A stretch of DNA of 64,000 nucleotides from Candidatus Altimarinota bacterium (GCA_963677745.1 OY782391.1:960001-1024000), one strand, 5' to 3'; numbered from the stretch's first letter, positions 10,426 to 19,890 are shown. Numbers and translations: made by a program. The notes: generated from the letters alone by a model not told the origin.

Positions 10426-10474
10426 GGCCTGTTCCCCCTTTTCATCGCCATCGCGATAAGAGAGGGGGCAGGCC
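10426..10474. terminator. Long imperfect hairpin between convergent genes
   Basis: GGCCTGTTCCCCCTTTTCATCGC-CATC-GCGATAAGAGAGGGGGCAGGCC between the stops at 10402 (+) and 10494 (-). No clear U-tract. Confidence 0.5.
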
Positions 10475-10493
10475 GATCCGAAATTTCAGAATA

Positions 10494-12386
10494 TTAAAGA
10501 TGCAGTTTCCTTTCCTTGATTTCTTCCAGTAATTGTCCGATAAATTTTTCTCTGGACAGCATTTTTTGTTCCTTACTGCCATAACGGCGCACCGAAAAGT
10601 CTTCACCGCCGACTTCCTTGTCACCCACTACCAGCATGTAGGGTATTTTCATCATCTCGGCATTGCGGATGCGTTTGCCCAGACTGTCATGGCTGTCGTC
10701 CACCTCGGCCCTCACCATCTTATCAGTCAGTTCAGCCTGCAGTTGGCGGGCAAATTCCTGATGGCTGTCGGAAACCGGAATAATCTTCACCTGCACCGGC
10801 GCCAGCCAGGTCGGGAAAGCTCCGGCAAAATGTTCGATCAGAAAACCGATCAGACGTTCATGCGTGGACAGGGGCGCGCGGTGAATGCACAGCGGTGTCT
10901 GTTCTTTGCCATCCTGGTCGATATAAGTCATGTTAAACCTCTTCGGAACGGCAAAATCCACCTGATTGGTGGCCAGTGTAAATTCGCGGCCGATGGCGCT
11001 CCAAACCTCCACGTCGATTTTCGGACCGTAAAAAGCAGCCTCGTTTTCAGCTTCTACCGTCGGCACATTGGCTTTTTTGAGGATTTTCCGTACCATTTCT
11101 TCGGTCTTTATCCACAATTCCGGTTCATCGACATATTTCTTCCCCAATCCTTCTTTGGCGTGCAGTGACAGTCTCATCACATATTTTTCAATGCCCAACA
11201 GCTTGAAATAATCCAGATACATTTGGACTACATCCAGAAACTCTTTTTCAAACTGGTCCTCTGTGCAATAGATATGGGCGTCATTCATTTGCATAGAACG
11301 CACGCGCATCAGGCCAAACAGAGACCCGGAATCTTCATAGCGGTGGCAGGTGCCGTATTCGGCCAGACGCAGCGGTAAATCACGGTAGCTCTTAGGCGAG
11401 GCCAGATAACACTGATGATGGAAAGGACAATTCATCGGCTTCAGATAGTAATTCTCATCGTCGATCACCATCGGCGCATACATTGAATCTTTATAATAGG
11501 GAAGATGACCCGATTGGATGAACAGGTCTTCCTTGGTGATCAAAGGAGTGCGCACTCTCTTGTAGCCGGCCTTGAATTCCACTTCCTTGGCCAGTTTTTC
11601 CAGCTCTTCGATCAGCACGCCGCCGTTGGGCAACCATAGTGGCAGTCCCGGGCCGATTTTCTCCGAAAAGGCAAAAATTTCCAGGTCGGCCCCCAGTTTG
11701 CGGTGATCGCGTTTCTTGGCTTCTTCCAGCATCTGCAGATATTTGTTCAGTTCTTCCTTGGTTTCAAAACACAGTCCGTAAATCCTCTGCAGCATCGGGC
11801 GATGCTCATCCCCGCGCCAGTAGGCTCCGGCGATTTTGTATAGTTTGAAAGCTCCGGTTTCTCCGGTACTGGACGCGTGTCCTCCCATGCATAAATCCCA
11901 GAATTTCATCTTTCCTTCCTTGTCGCGGTTTTCGTAAAAAGAAAGTTCTCTTTCGCCGGTTTTGGCCAGATCCTCCGCCAATTCTACTTTGTAGGGCTGA
12001 CCGGTGCCTTTCAGAAATTCGATGGCCTTGTCAATCGGCTCCACGTTGCGGTGGAAAGTTTGTTTTTCATTAACGATTTTGCGCATTTTCTCCTGCAGGA
12101 TATCCAGATCTTCGGGGATCAATGTGCGGGGCAGTTCAAAGTCATAATAGAAACCGTTGTCGATGGTTGGGCCGATGCCCAGCTTGGCCTCCGGGAACAT
12201 CTGCAGTACGGCCTGGGCCAGAATATGCGAGCAGCTATGGCGCATGTGATCCAGACGCTCTTCCGGAGTGTCGGCGCGGTCAATAGTGTCGTTGTCGGCG
12301 GTGGTAGTCCCTGTAGCTTTTGTTGTCTGGGCGGCCTTTTCTTGATGGTCATTTGGGCTTTTCTGTTCAGCTTTTTTGGGGGACAT
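10494..12386 (-). CDS. thrS: Threonine--tRNA ligase
   Basis: RHSCSHILAQAV, GFYYDF, AGAYWRGD, RDHRKLG, LKPMNCPFH, SYRDLPLR, AAFYGPKID, IHRA, HFAGAFPTWLAPVQV. The N-terminal TGS domain is absent. Confidence 0.99.
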   Translation of the reverse strand: MSPKKAEQKSPNDHQEKAAQTTKATGTTTADNDTIDRADTPEERLDHMRHSCSHILAQAVLQMFPEAKLGIGPTIDNGFYYDFELPRTLIPEDLDILQEKMRKIVNEKQTFHRNVEPIDKAIEFLKGTGQPYKVELAEDLAKTGERELSFYENRDKEGKMKFWDLCMGGHASSTGETGAFKLYKIAGAYWRGDEHRPMLQRIYGLCFETKEELNKYLQMLEEAKKRDHRKLGADLEIFAFSEKIGPGLPLWLPNGGVLIEELEKLAKEVEFKAGYKRVRTPLITKEDLFIQSGHLPYYKDSMYAPMVIDDENYYLKPMNCPFHHQCYLASPKSYRDLPLRLAEYGTCHRYEDSGSLFGLMRVRSMQMNDAHIYCTEDQFEKEFLDVVQMYLDYFKLLGIEKYVMRLSLHAKEGLGKKYVDEPELWIKTEEMVRKILKKANVPTVEAENEAAFYGPKIDVEVWSAIGREFTLATNQVDFAVPKRFNMTYIDQDGKEQTPLCIHRAPLSTHERLIGFLIEHFAGAFPTWLAPVQVKIIPVSDSHQEFARQLQAELTDKMVRAEVDDSHDSLGKRIRNAEMMKIPYMLVVGDKEVGGEDFSVRRYGSKEQKMLSREKFIGQLLEEIKERKLHL

Positions 12387-12514
12387 AATTAAAAATTAAA
12401 AAAATAGAGCAGAACCACTATACAGCAGAACCAGCTTTATTTACAAAAATTTCCTGGCCGCCGGGATGGTCACTTAATCATTCGTTGCACAAACTTTTAC
12501 AGGTCAGCCGAACC

Positions 12515-12528
12515 TGGTCACGTGACCA
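12515..12528. repeat. Perfect 14-bp palindrome TGGTCACGTGACCA (intergenic copy)
   Basis: Read directly. Same core as the palindrome at 13184-13199. Confidence 0.9.
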
Positions 12529-12696
12529 TTCGTTTGGCAATCTTTTACGGCGGGGTACAGATAGTGGAAACAGCATGTGAAAGCCGGAAACCGCGTGTAT
12601 ATTGCGCGTCAACTACTGGTGGACTTCAAGCACTAAAAATCGCGCGGAGGGCTTGTTTATGCTATATAATTGATAATACACCTTCACCGGAAAACC

Positions 12697-13611
12697 ATGG
12701 CCAAGCGGAACGATTTTCATCAGTCAGCTTTGTCTCATCAGTTGAGCGAAGACGCCCTGACCGATCAACAACTTTTGGAAAAATTTAAATATTATGGAGC
12801 GCGGGCCATGAATGCGCGCAACAAATGCATCGGGCTATTGCCGGAGATCCACCGGCGTGAATTGTTTCGCCGGCATGGATATGAATCAATTTACGAATTT
12901 GCCTCCAAACTGGCAGGCCTCAGCCACGAACAGGTCAACAGGGTGATCAATTTGGAGCAGCGGCTTCAGGATAAACCGGATCTGCACGCTGCTCTTGTTA
13001 AAGGCGAGATTGGTGTCAACAAACTGCGTAAAGTAATTAGCATTGTCACTTTGGAAAATCAGGCGGAGGTTGCGGAAACGGTGCGCACATTGTCAGTCAG
13101 GGCAGTGGAAACTCTGGTGAGAGATCAGAAAGTGGCAGCAGCTCTGGCAGATGCCCGGCCCGGTGACGGGGAAAAAATTAGAGATGGTCACGTGACCATG
13201 CAAAAGACCATGTTTTCCGAGGAGTTGCAATTAGATCCGGAGGTCCAAAAGCGGCTGTTAGATATGCAGAAAAAGGGCTTGGATATAAATAAATTGCTGA
13301 AAGAGTTTTTGCAAAAACATCAGGAGGTAATCGAAGCCGAGAAAAACAGGATCGCTGAAAACCTGCCCTCTACGGCTTCCAGCCATTATGTGCCAGCCAG
13401 AGTAAAAAATGTGCTTCTTCAGGAATTTGGTAAAAAATGCAGTGTACCAGAATGTTACCGGCCAGCTGAGACTCTACATCACACGCGGCGATTTGCCCTG
13501 GTAGCCAGTCATGATCCGCGTTTTATGGCGCCTTTATGTGTCGGGCATCATGAGCTGGCCCATCGGGTGGATGGAAAAGTGCAGCGACACAGAAAAATTA
13601 ACTTTACCTGA
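12697..13611 (+). CDS. HNH endonuclease domain protein (helical N-terminal region, C-terminal Zn-binding HNH; DUF222-like architecture)
   Basis: C-terminal CSVPEC..ETLHH..RFA....HDPRFMAPLCVGHHELAH. ATG at 12697 preferred over TTG at 12670, which overlaps a TATAAT box at 12665-12670. Confidence 0.8.
   Translation: MAKRNDFHQSALSHQLSEDALTDQQLLEKFKYYGARAMNARNKCIGLLPEIHRRELFRRHGYESIYEFASKLAGLSHEQVNRVINLEQRLQDKPDLHAALVKGEIGVNKLRKVISIVTLENQAEVAETVRTLSVRAVETLVRDQKVAAALADARPGDGEKIRDGHVTMQKTMFSEELQLDPEVQKRLLDMQKKGLDINKLLKEFLQKHQEVIEAEKNRIAENLPSTASSHYVPARVKNVLLQEFGKKCSVPECYRPAETLHHTRRFALVASHDPRFMAPLCVGHHELAHRVDGKVQRHRKINFT
13184..13199. repeat. Perfect 16-bp palindrome ATGGTCACGTGACCAT inside the HNH gene
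   Basis: Read directly. Encodes D-G-H-V-T-M in the interdomain linker. Confidence 0.9.
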
Positions 13612-13638
13612 AAAGACGCTTACTTTTTCAAGAGATGG

Positions 13639-14793
13639 TCAAAGATGTTTCGCTTTTCCGTCTGCCACTTCAACAAAGTCTCCCGGGAGGAGTTTTTCCT
13701 GATTGATGACAGCGGAATCTTTGGTGGTGGCAATAAATGTCTGATAATTAACTACTCTTTCCAACAGAAAATGCTGTCTTTCATGATCAAGTTCGGAAAA
13801 CACATCATCCAGGAGCAATATCGGCTGCAGCCCGTCTTCGTTAAAGTAATCCATTTCAATCAGCTTCAGGGCCAGTAAAATTGTCCTGAATTCCCCGCGT
13901 GACGCATGGCGCAGAATCGGAATTCCTTCCAGGCTGATCTCCATATCGTCCCGGTGCGGACCTATCTGGGTGTGGCCGGAGGCAATGTCCCTCTGCCGGG
14001 ATTTCCATAATTCCTCGCTAAAGATTTCTTCCAGATTGCCGGTAACGGACAGCATGGGAAAATCCAGTCCCAAACTGTTCAGATAGCGGATATTCAGCCG
14101 GCATTTTTTCTTGCTTATTTCTGCGTATTTCCCATTCAATTTTTCATCGATGAAGGCCAGCGCCGCCGCTCTTTCCTTCCAGACCAGCGCGCCCTCCCGT
14201 ACCAATTGCTCATCCCAAATGTCCAAATCTTCTTCGCCGGCCCGGCGTTCCTGAATGGCTGTCAGAAGAGCGTTCCGCTGCTCGCGGATTTTGCGGAATT
14301 TGCGCAATGCGGCAAAATAGGGCCGGCTTTTTTGGATTATCAGAATATCCAGGTAACGGCGGCGCAGGTCGGGGCCCAGATAAAGCACATTGAGGTCTTC
14401 CGGATGAAAAAACACCACCCTGATCTGTCCCACAAAGCTGGTGGCCGGGGTTTTGACACCGTTGACCTTGAACAGGCGGCGCGGATGAGGCGCTTTACCC
14501 AGAAAAATTTCCAGTTCCTGCGCGCCGCCGGCCATGCCGCCGCTACCATCGCCGCCTTGCCCGTTACTGAAATTACCCTTGATCCTGCCGAATTCCTCCT
14601 GCCAGAGGATCAGGTTTTCCTCGTCGGCCTGCCGGAACGACTTGGCTAAAGCCAGCATATAGACGGCCTCCAGTATATTGGTTTTGCCCTGGCCGTTGTC
14701 GCCGATCAGGTAAGTAAGCCCGGCCGGCTTGTCAAAAGCCAGCTTTTGAGAGCGGTAATTGCGGAAATTTTCCAGTGTCAGTGACTTGAGCAT
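13639..14793 (-). CDS. recF: DNA replication/repair protein RecF
   Basis: MLKSLTLENFRNY, Walker A GDNGQGKTNILEA, GPDLRRRYLD, GPHRDD, ASRGE, LLLDDVFSELD. Start moved to the ATG at 14793. Confidence 0.97.
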   Translation of the reverse strand: MLKSLTLENFRNYRSQKLAFDKPAGLTYLIGDNGQGKTNILEAVYMLALAKSFRQADEENLILWQEEFGRIKGNFSNGQGGDGSGGMAGGAQELEIFLGKAPHPRRLFKVNGVKTPATSFVGQIRVVFFHPEDLNVLYLGPDLRRRYLDILIIQKSRPYFAALRKFRKIREQRNALLTAIQERRAGEEDLDIWDEQLVREGALVWKERAAALAFIDEKLNGKYAEISKKKCRLNIRYLNSLGLDFPMLSVTGNLEEIFSEELWKSRQRDIASGHTQIGPHRDDMEISLEGIPILRHASRGEFRTILLALKLIEMDYFNEDGLQPILLLDDVFSELDHERQHFLLERVVNYQTFIATTKDSAVINQEKLLPGDFVEVADGKAKHL

Positions 14794-14858
14794 AACCGGC
14801 AACAAATTATAGCCAGAGCATACCTCAAACCGGGTACGGCCAGCAACACCCCATCCGG

Positions 14859-14887
14859 TTGTTAAAATCCCCCAAAAATGGTACAAT
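14859..14887 (+). promoter_or_regulatory. Promoter for the PrsW-family gene
   Basis: TTGTTA, 17-nt spacer, TACAAT with an extended TG (TGGTACAAT). Confidence 0.55.
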
Positions 14888-14951
14888 GAAAGGATTCCAA
14901 AGCATGTCAAACCGGCATTCTGAATCCGTGTCCCCACTCCCTAAACTTATT

Positions 14952-15791
14952 ATGAGCAGCCACAATATCACCTATATCGCCTTGGCAGGCCTTCTGGCTC
15001 TGGTACCAGCCCTTTTCTGGGGGGTGATCTTTTATAAGAAACAGCCGGAAAATAAAGTTACTACATTGCGGTTGTTCGTCGGCGGTGCGATTTCGGTAGC
15101 CCCGTTGTTGCTCTACAAGTATCTCTGGCAGTATTTCCCCTGGATTAATGCCTTCCTCTATACCAATACTTTCCAGGACGACATGATCGGCTTTGCCAAC
15201 CTCAAGTTGTTGCCCTTGGATGTGCTTTTTACCTTTATGATTGTCGGAGTGATTGAAGAGATTGCCAAATTAAGCGCTGTCAGAATGACCGACCACAAAA
15301 AAATCGACTCGATTACTGACTGCATCGAATATTTTATAATCGTAGCTCTGGGGTTCGCCTTTGCGGAAAATATCATCTATTTCTACAACATTATCCAGGT
15401 GCGCGGCATGGACAGCGTTTTCCTGCCCTTTATCTTCCGGTCCCTTTTTTCCACTTTTGCCCATGTCATGTTTTCGGGAATTTTCGGCTATTATTACGGC
15501 CTGGCCAAATTTGCCGGACCGGTACTGGAAGAAAGTTACAATCGCGACAAATGGCCGGTGTTACGCTATCTGGTGGCCTTGTTGCATTTGCGCCGCACCA
15601 AAACCTTTCATGATCAGAAAATCTTTCAGGGGCTGCTAATCGCCGTGGTATTGCATGCCTTTTTCAATATATTTTTGGAAATGAACTGGACCTTTTTAAT
15701 TGTCCCGTTCCTGACTGTCGGCTTCATTCTACTCTCCTATATGTTCGATAACCGCCGCATGGAAAAACATTATCAGGAGATAGAAGAATAA
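14952..15791 (+). CDS. prsW: PrsW-family intramembrane glutamic protease
   Basis: GVIEEIAK, ALGFAFAENIIY, FAHVMFSGIFGYYYG and LHAFFN motifs; multiple TM segments. Start placed at ATG 14952, downstream of the promoter. Confidence 0.9.
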   Translation: MSSHNITYIALAGLLALVPALFWGVIFYKKQPENKVTTLRLFVGGAISVAPLLLYKYLWQYFPWINAFLYTNTFQDDMIGFANLKLLPLDVLFTFMIVGVIEEIAKLSAVRMTDHKKIDSITDCIEYFIIVALGFAFAENIIYFYNIIQVRGMDSVFLPFIFRSLFSTFAHVMFSGIFGYYYGLAKFAGPVLEESYNRDKWPVLRYLVALLHLRRTKTFHDQKIFQGLLIAVVLHAFFNIFLEMNWTFLIVPFLTVGFILLSYMFDNRRMEKHYQEIEE

Positions 15792-15806
15792 GTTTCCCCC
15801 AAATTA

Positions 15807-15835
15807 TTGATATTAATTCAGTTGAGTGGTATTCT
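15807..15835 (+). promoter_or_regulatory. Promoter for uvrA
   Basis: TTGATA, 17-nt spacer, TATTCT with an extended TG. Confidence 0.5.
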
Positions 15836-15943
15836 AATTGCCGCTTAAGTTTCAGTAAAAGATCAATCCGATTGCAGCCCGGCGCTGAAGAAAGCGCTTG
15901 TTAACATTAATATTCGTATTTACGGTAATTCATCCATCTGTCC

Positions 15944-18844
15944 ATGCAAAACGATAAAATAATTATCAGGGGGGCCAAAATCCACAATCTCAAGAACATC
16001 AACGTGGAAATCCCCAAAAACAAACTTACTGTCATTACCGGTCTTTCCGGTTCCGGTAAGTCCTCCCTGGCCTTCGATACCATTTATGCCGAAGGCCAGC
16101 GCCGCTATGTGGAAAGTCTCTCCACTTATGCCCGCCAGTTCTTACAGCTGATGGAAAAACCGGATGTGGAATCCATTGAAGGATTGAGCCCGGCCATTTC
16201 CATCGATCAAAAATCCGCTCCCCGCAACCCCCGCTCCACGGTGGGTACGGTTACTGAAATTTATGATTATCTGCGCCTGATGTTCGCCAAAGTCGGTACT
16301 CCTTATGATCCTGTTACCGGTGAGCCGCTGACCCGTCAGTCCGCCTCCGAAATCGTAGAAATAATTTCCCAGATGCCGGAAGGAAAAAAGATTATTCTGC
16401 TCGCACCGGTTATCAATCAGAAAAAAGGTTCGCATCTGAAGGTTTTTGAGAAAATCAAAAAGGACGGTTTTGTGCGCGTGCGGGTGGACGGAGAGGTTAT
16501 GACCGTGGTGGACGTACCCGAATTGGCAGAGAACAAAAAGCACAATATAGAAATAGTGGTTGACCGTCTGGTGGTCAAAAATTTCCGCAAACTCTATAAG
16601 ACCATGTCCAACGGCGATCAGCTGGAAATCTCCAATCCCGACCGCAGCCGCCTGGCGGATTCCGTCGAGCTCTGTTTGAAACAGGGTAACGGCCAGATGA
16701 TGGTCGTCGATCATGACAGCAAAGAAGAACAGATCTTTTCCGAACAATATGCCTCGGCCGATTCCGGCATCAACATCCCGGAAATCACCCCCAGCCTCTT
16801 TTCCTTTAATTCTCCTCAGGGAGCCTGCGAATACTGCCACGGCCTCGGCACGCGCCTGGAGATCAACCCGAAACTGGTTATCCCCAATCCCAATCTGACA
16901 CTGGCCGAAGGCGCCATCATGCCCTGGTCGGCCACCACCAGCCATCTGACCTGGTATAACCGCATTTTGGAAACCGTGGCCGACCAGCTGGGTTTTTCCA
17001 TGTCCACGCCTATCAAAAAACTTACGCCGGAACAGTTGAATACCATCCTTTATGGCACCGGTGAACGTAAATATAAGATCCGGGTTGGTCAGCAAAAAAA
17101 CACCGAAGAAGGAGCCGGTTTCAACGGAGAATATCAGACCCGTTTTGAAGGAGTTATCCCCAATCTGGAACGGCGCTATCATGAAACCGATTCCGATTAT
17201 ATCCGCCGCAAGATCGAAAAATACATGCAGGTGTTGATCTGTCCCAAATGCCAGGGAAACCGTCTTAAAAGCGAAGTTCTGGCTATTAAAATTGACGGGA
17301 AATCAATCATCGAGGTCACCCGTTTATCCGTGAAGCAGTCGGTACATTATTTCCAAAACCTGACACTCACTAAATATCAGCAGGAGATAGCCCGGCCTAT
17401 CATTAAAGAAATATTAAACCGGTTGCAGTTTCTGGAGAATGTCGGACTGAATTACCTGACTCTGGACCGTTCCGCCAATACCCTGTCCGGAGGGGAAGCT
17501 CAGCGCATCCGTCTGGCCACCCAAATCGGTTCCAAGCTCTCGGGAGTGATTTACGTGCTGGACGAACCTTCCATCGGCCTGCATCAAAATGATAACGCCA
17601 AACTGATCAATACGCTGATATCTCTGCGTGACCTGGGCAACACGGTGGTGGTGGTGGAACATGATACCGATACCATGCTGTCCTCCGACCACATTTTGGA
17701 TATTGGCCCCGGTGCCGGGAAAAACGGCGGTTATGTGGTGGCGGAGGGGACTCCTGATGAAATTATGAAAAATCCCGCTTCACTTACCGGAAAATATCTC
17801 AGTGGTCTGGAGAAAATTGCCATTCCTAAATTCCGCCGTCCGGGCAACGGCAGCTGGCTGAAAATAATCGGGGCCACCCACCATAATCTGAAAAATATCA
17901 CTGTGGAGCTGCCTCTGGGCACTTTTATTGCCATTACCGGCGTGTCGGGTTCGGGCAAATCCACCCTGATCAACGACATTCTGGTCAAGGAATTATCCAA
18001 GACCATTTACGGTTCCAGAACCAGCTCCGGCGCCCATGAGGCCATTACCGGCCTGGAATATCTGGACAAAATTATCAATATTGACCAGTCTCCGATTGGC
18101 CGTACGCCGCGCTCCAATCCCGCTACATATACCGGTGTCTTTACCGACATCCGCGATATGTTCGCGGCCAGTCCCGAAGCTAAATTGCGCGGCTATAAGT
18201 CGGGCCGCTTCAGTTTCAATGTCAAGGGCGGTCGCTGTGAAGCCTGCCAGGGCGACGGTATCAAGAAAATAGAAATGCATTTCCTGCCCGATATTTATGT
18301 TCAATGTGAAGTATGTAACGGCAAGCGTTATAACGCCGAGACTCTGGAAGTGACCTATAGGGGCAAGAGTATCGCCGATGTTCTGGCTATGTCGGTGGAA
18401 GAGGCAATGGAGTTCTTTGATGCCATTCCCAATATTAAAACCAAGCTGGAAACTCTTCATCTGGTCGGTCTTTCTTATATTAAACTTGGCCAGCAGGCCA
18501 CAACACTCTCCGGAGGCGAGGCTCAGCGTATCAAGTTATCCACCGAGCTGTCCCGCAAATCCACCGGACAAACTTTTTACGTTCTGGACGAACCGACCAC
18601 CGGTTTGCATTTTGCCGATGTTAAAAAACTGCTGGAAGTACTGCAGAAATTGGTGGAGAAGGGGAATACCGTTCTCTGCATCGAACATAATCTGGATGTT
18701 ATCAAATCCGTGGATCACGTCATTGATCTTGGGCCCGAGGGGGGAGATATGGGCGGAAAAGTTATTGCCACAGGCACGCCGGAGGAAGTCAGCCGGGTCA
18801 AAGAGTCATATACGGCGATTTGGCTGGAAAAAGTATTAAAATGA
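15944..18844 (+). CDS. uvrA: Excinuclease ABC subunit A
   Basis: [32 protein letters not shown], two LSGGEAQRI signatures, zinc fingers, LDEPTTGLH. Confidence 0.99.
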   Translation: MQNDKIIIRGAKIHNLKNINVEIPKNKLTVITGLSGSGKSSLAFDTIYAEGQRRYVESLSTYARQFLQLMEKPDVESIEGLSPAISIDQKSAPRNPRSTVGTVTEIYDYLRLMFAKVGTPYDPVTGEPLTRQSASEIVEIISQMPEGKKIILLAPVINQKKGSHLKVFEKIKKDGFVRVRVDGEVMTVVDVPELAENKKHNIEIVVDRLVVKNFRKLYKTMSNGDQLEISNPDRSRLADSVELCLKQGNGQMMVVDHDSKEEQIFSEQYASADSGINIPEITPSLFSFNSPQGACEYCHGLGTRLEINPKLVIPNPNLTLAEGAIMPWSATTSHLTWYNRILETVADQLGFSMSTPIKKLTPEQLNTILYGTGERKYKIRVGQQKNTEEGAGFNGEYQTRFEGVIPNLERRYHETDSDYIRRKIEKYMQVLICPKCQGNRLKSEVLAIKIDGKSIIEVTRLSVKQSVHYFQNLTLTKYQQEIARPIIKEILNRLQFLENVGLNYLTLDRSANTLSGGEAQRIRLATQIGSKLSGVIYVLDEPSIGLHQNDNAKLINTLISLRDLGNTVVVVEHDTDTMLSSDHILDIGPGAGKNGGYVVAEGTPDEIMKNPASLTGKYLSGLEKIAIPKFRRPGNGSWLKIIGATHHNLKNITVELPLGTFIAITGVSGSGKSTLINDILVKELSKTIYGSRTSSGAHEAITGLEYLDKIINIDQSPIGRTPRSNPATYTGVFTDIRDMFAASPEAKLRGYKSGRFSFNVKGGRCEACQGDGIKKIEMHFLPDIYVQCEVCNGKRYNAETLEVTYRGKSIADVLAMSVEEAMEFFDAIPNIKTKLETLHLVGLSYIKLGQQATTLSGGEAQRIKLSTELSRKSTGQTFYVLDEPTTGLHFADVKKLLEVLQKLVEKGNTVLCIEHNLDVIKSVDHVIDLGPEGGDMGGKVIATGTPEEVSRVKESYTAIWLEKVLK

Positions 18845-18942
18845 TTTTCAATTAGACTTTCCAGGGGATGATTTAATCTGGCCCATCTTATTGACGATGG
18901 GTGGATTTGTTGTACCACCTATTAAAGGTGCTTTAAAAGAAT

Positions 18943-19101
18943 TGTGTAAAGTTTAATAAAATTGGGTAAAATATGGTAGAGTGTGGACTGTGGGTAGCGT
19001 CGAAAACAGTCAAAAAGGCTTCAAAGGGGGCAAATAATGTTAAAAAACTGTGCAAAAGTTGTAGAAAAACTGTGTAAAGTTTAATAAAGTTAGCTGAAAG
19101 T
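18943..19101 (+). repeat. Direct-repeat arrays upstream of the HTH gene
   Basis: TGTGTAAAGTTTAATAAA identical at 18943-18960 and 19071-19088. TAAAGT/TAAAAT/TAAAAT/TAGAGT at 18947, 18957, 18967, 18977. AAAAACTGTG at 19043 and 19065. Confidence 0.8.
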
Positions 19102-19112
19102 CGAAAAATCTA

Positions 19113-19140
19113 TTGAAAACAGATAAGTCTTATGTAAAAT
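19113..19140 (+). promoter_or_regulatory. Candidate promoter for the HTH gene
   Basis: TTGAAA, 16-nt spacer, TAAAAT. Confidence 0.45.
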
Positions 19141-19229
19141 ACAGTACAGATAAATAAACATGGCTGTATAGATTGATGAACGTTAAAAATACTGCTAAAA
19201 TTTAGTTAATAGGTAAAACAATTAACTAA

Positions 19230-19628
19230 ATGCAGGAAAGAATACTTACTCCAGAGCAAGTTGCCCAAATTTTGCAGGTACATCCGTACACGGTGCTAAA
19301 ATTTATAAAACAGGGCAAACTACAGGCTAGCAAACTAGGGCGTGTCTACAGAATCCGGGAAAGCGCATTGGAAAGCTTCCTTGATCAAACTTCGGGAAAA
19401 GCTGCCAAAGTGGAGGAAAGTACAACAAATGATTATAAGAAAAGCAAAAACAAAAACAAATTTCCCCAAAATATATTGGTTGAGCCTGCCGTAACCGTTG
19501 ATCCGTCCAAGGATAACAAAAACAAAGTAAAATCACCTGAAATTACCATAAGTAGGGTAGAGACGATTGAACCTTCGGACGGAGCGGAAAAAAGTGGCGG
19601 CGAAGACGAATACTACATACTTCAATAA
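19230..19628 (+). CDS. Excisionase/BldC-like helix-turn-helix (HTH_17) protein with disordered C-terminal tail
   Basis: ILTPEQVAQILQVHPYTVLKFIKQGKLQASKLGRVYRIRESALESFL is the MerR-like Xis/HTH_17 pattern. Confidence 0.9.
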   Translation: MQERILTPEQVAQILQVHPYTVLKFIKQGKLQASKLGRVYRIRESALESFLDQTSGKAAKVEESTTNDYKKSKNKNKFPQNILVEPAVTVDPSKDNKNKVKSPEITISRVETIEPSDGAEKSGGEDEYYILQ

Positions 19629-19641
19629 AAAATAAAGATAG

Positions 19642-19821
19642 ATGATCTTTAATTGCCTAAACTGCGGAGTTTCCATCTCCTCCCGCCACGAGCACTGTCC
19701 CCATTGTAAAATCAGCAATCTGGAGGCATTGGATCACCTGACCGGAAAAAGCAAAAAGAAAGAATACCTTGCCTGGAAAGAACGTGTAAAAGGATCAATT
19801 CTGACCATGGTCGCCCGGTAA
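19642..19821 (+). CDS. 59-aa zinc-ribbon protein (not in the ORF track)
   Basis: Hand translation: MIFNCLNCGVSISSRHEHCPHCKISNLEALDHLTGKSKKKEYLAWKERVKGSILTMVAR*. CxxC-x10-CxxC. Starts 13 nt after the HTH stop and precedes a terminator. Confidence 0.75.
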   Translation: MIFNCLNCGVSISSRHEHCPHCKISNLEALDHLTGKSKKKEYLAWKERVKGSILTMVAR

Positions 19822-19865
19822 AACGGTCACTTAACATACTTTTAACTTCCGCCCTAGAATACCTC

Positions 19866-19890
19866 AAAAGCCCCCGCGCAGCGGGGGCTT
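19866..19890. terminator. Intrinsic terminator between convergent operons
   Basis: AAAAGCCCCCGC-GCA-GCGGGGGCTT. U4 follows on the minus strand and a T-rich run follows on the plus strand. Confidence 0.8.

Noticed and set aside
12387-12696. T-box riboswitch upstream of thrS
   Set aside because: No T-box antiterminator consensus or terminator, and the likely promoter is only ~30 nt from the start codon.
12697-13611. IscB/Cas9-like RNA-guided nuclease or IS transposase
   Set aside because: No PLMP or RuvC motifs and no DDE or HUH motif; only a C-terminal HNH-like domain.
14794-14951. Overlapping N-terminal extensions of recF (to 14937) and prsW (from 14859) in the ORF track
   Set aside because: These are longest-ORF artefacts; conserved N-termini and promoter positions support later starts. 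The same applies to rplJ (54103) and the PilN-like gene (52870).
18943-19088. CRISPR-like repeat
   Set aside because: Only two 18-bp copies 128 bp apart, no regular spacers and no cas genes.
19113-19140. dif-like site (TTATGTAAAAT resembles a XerD arm)
   Set aside because: The left arm TTGAAAACAGA does not resemble a XerC arm. The same bases are better explained as a -35/-10 promoter.
18845-19229. Possible oriC (AT-rich, repeats, recF within ~5 kb)
   Set aside because: No TTATCCACA-type DnaA box cluster was seen, and dnaA/dnaN are not in the window.
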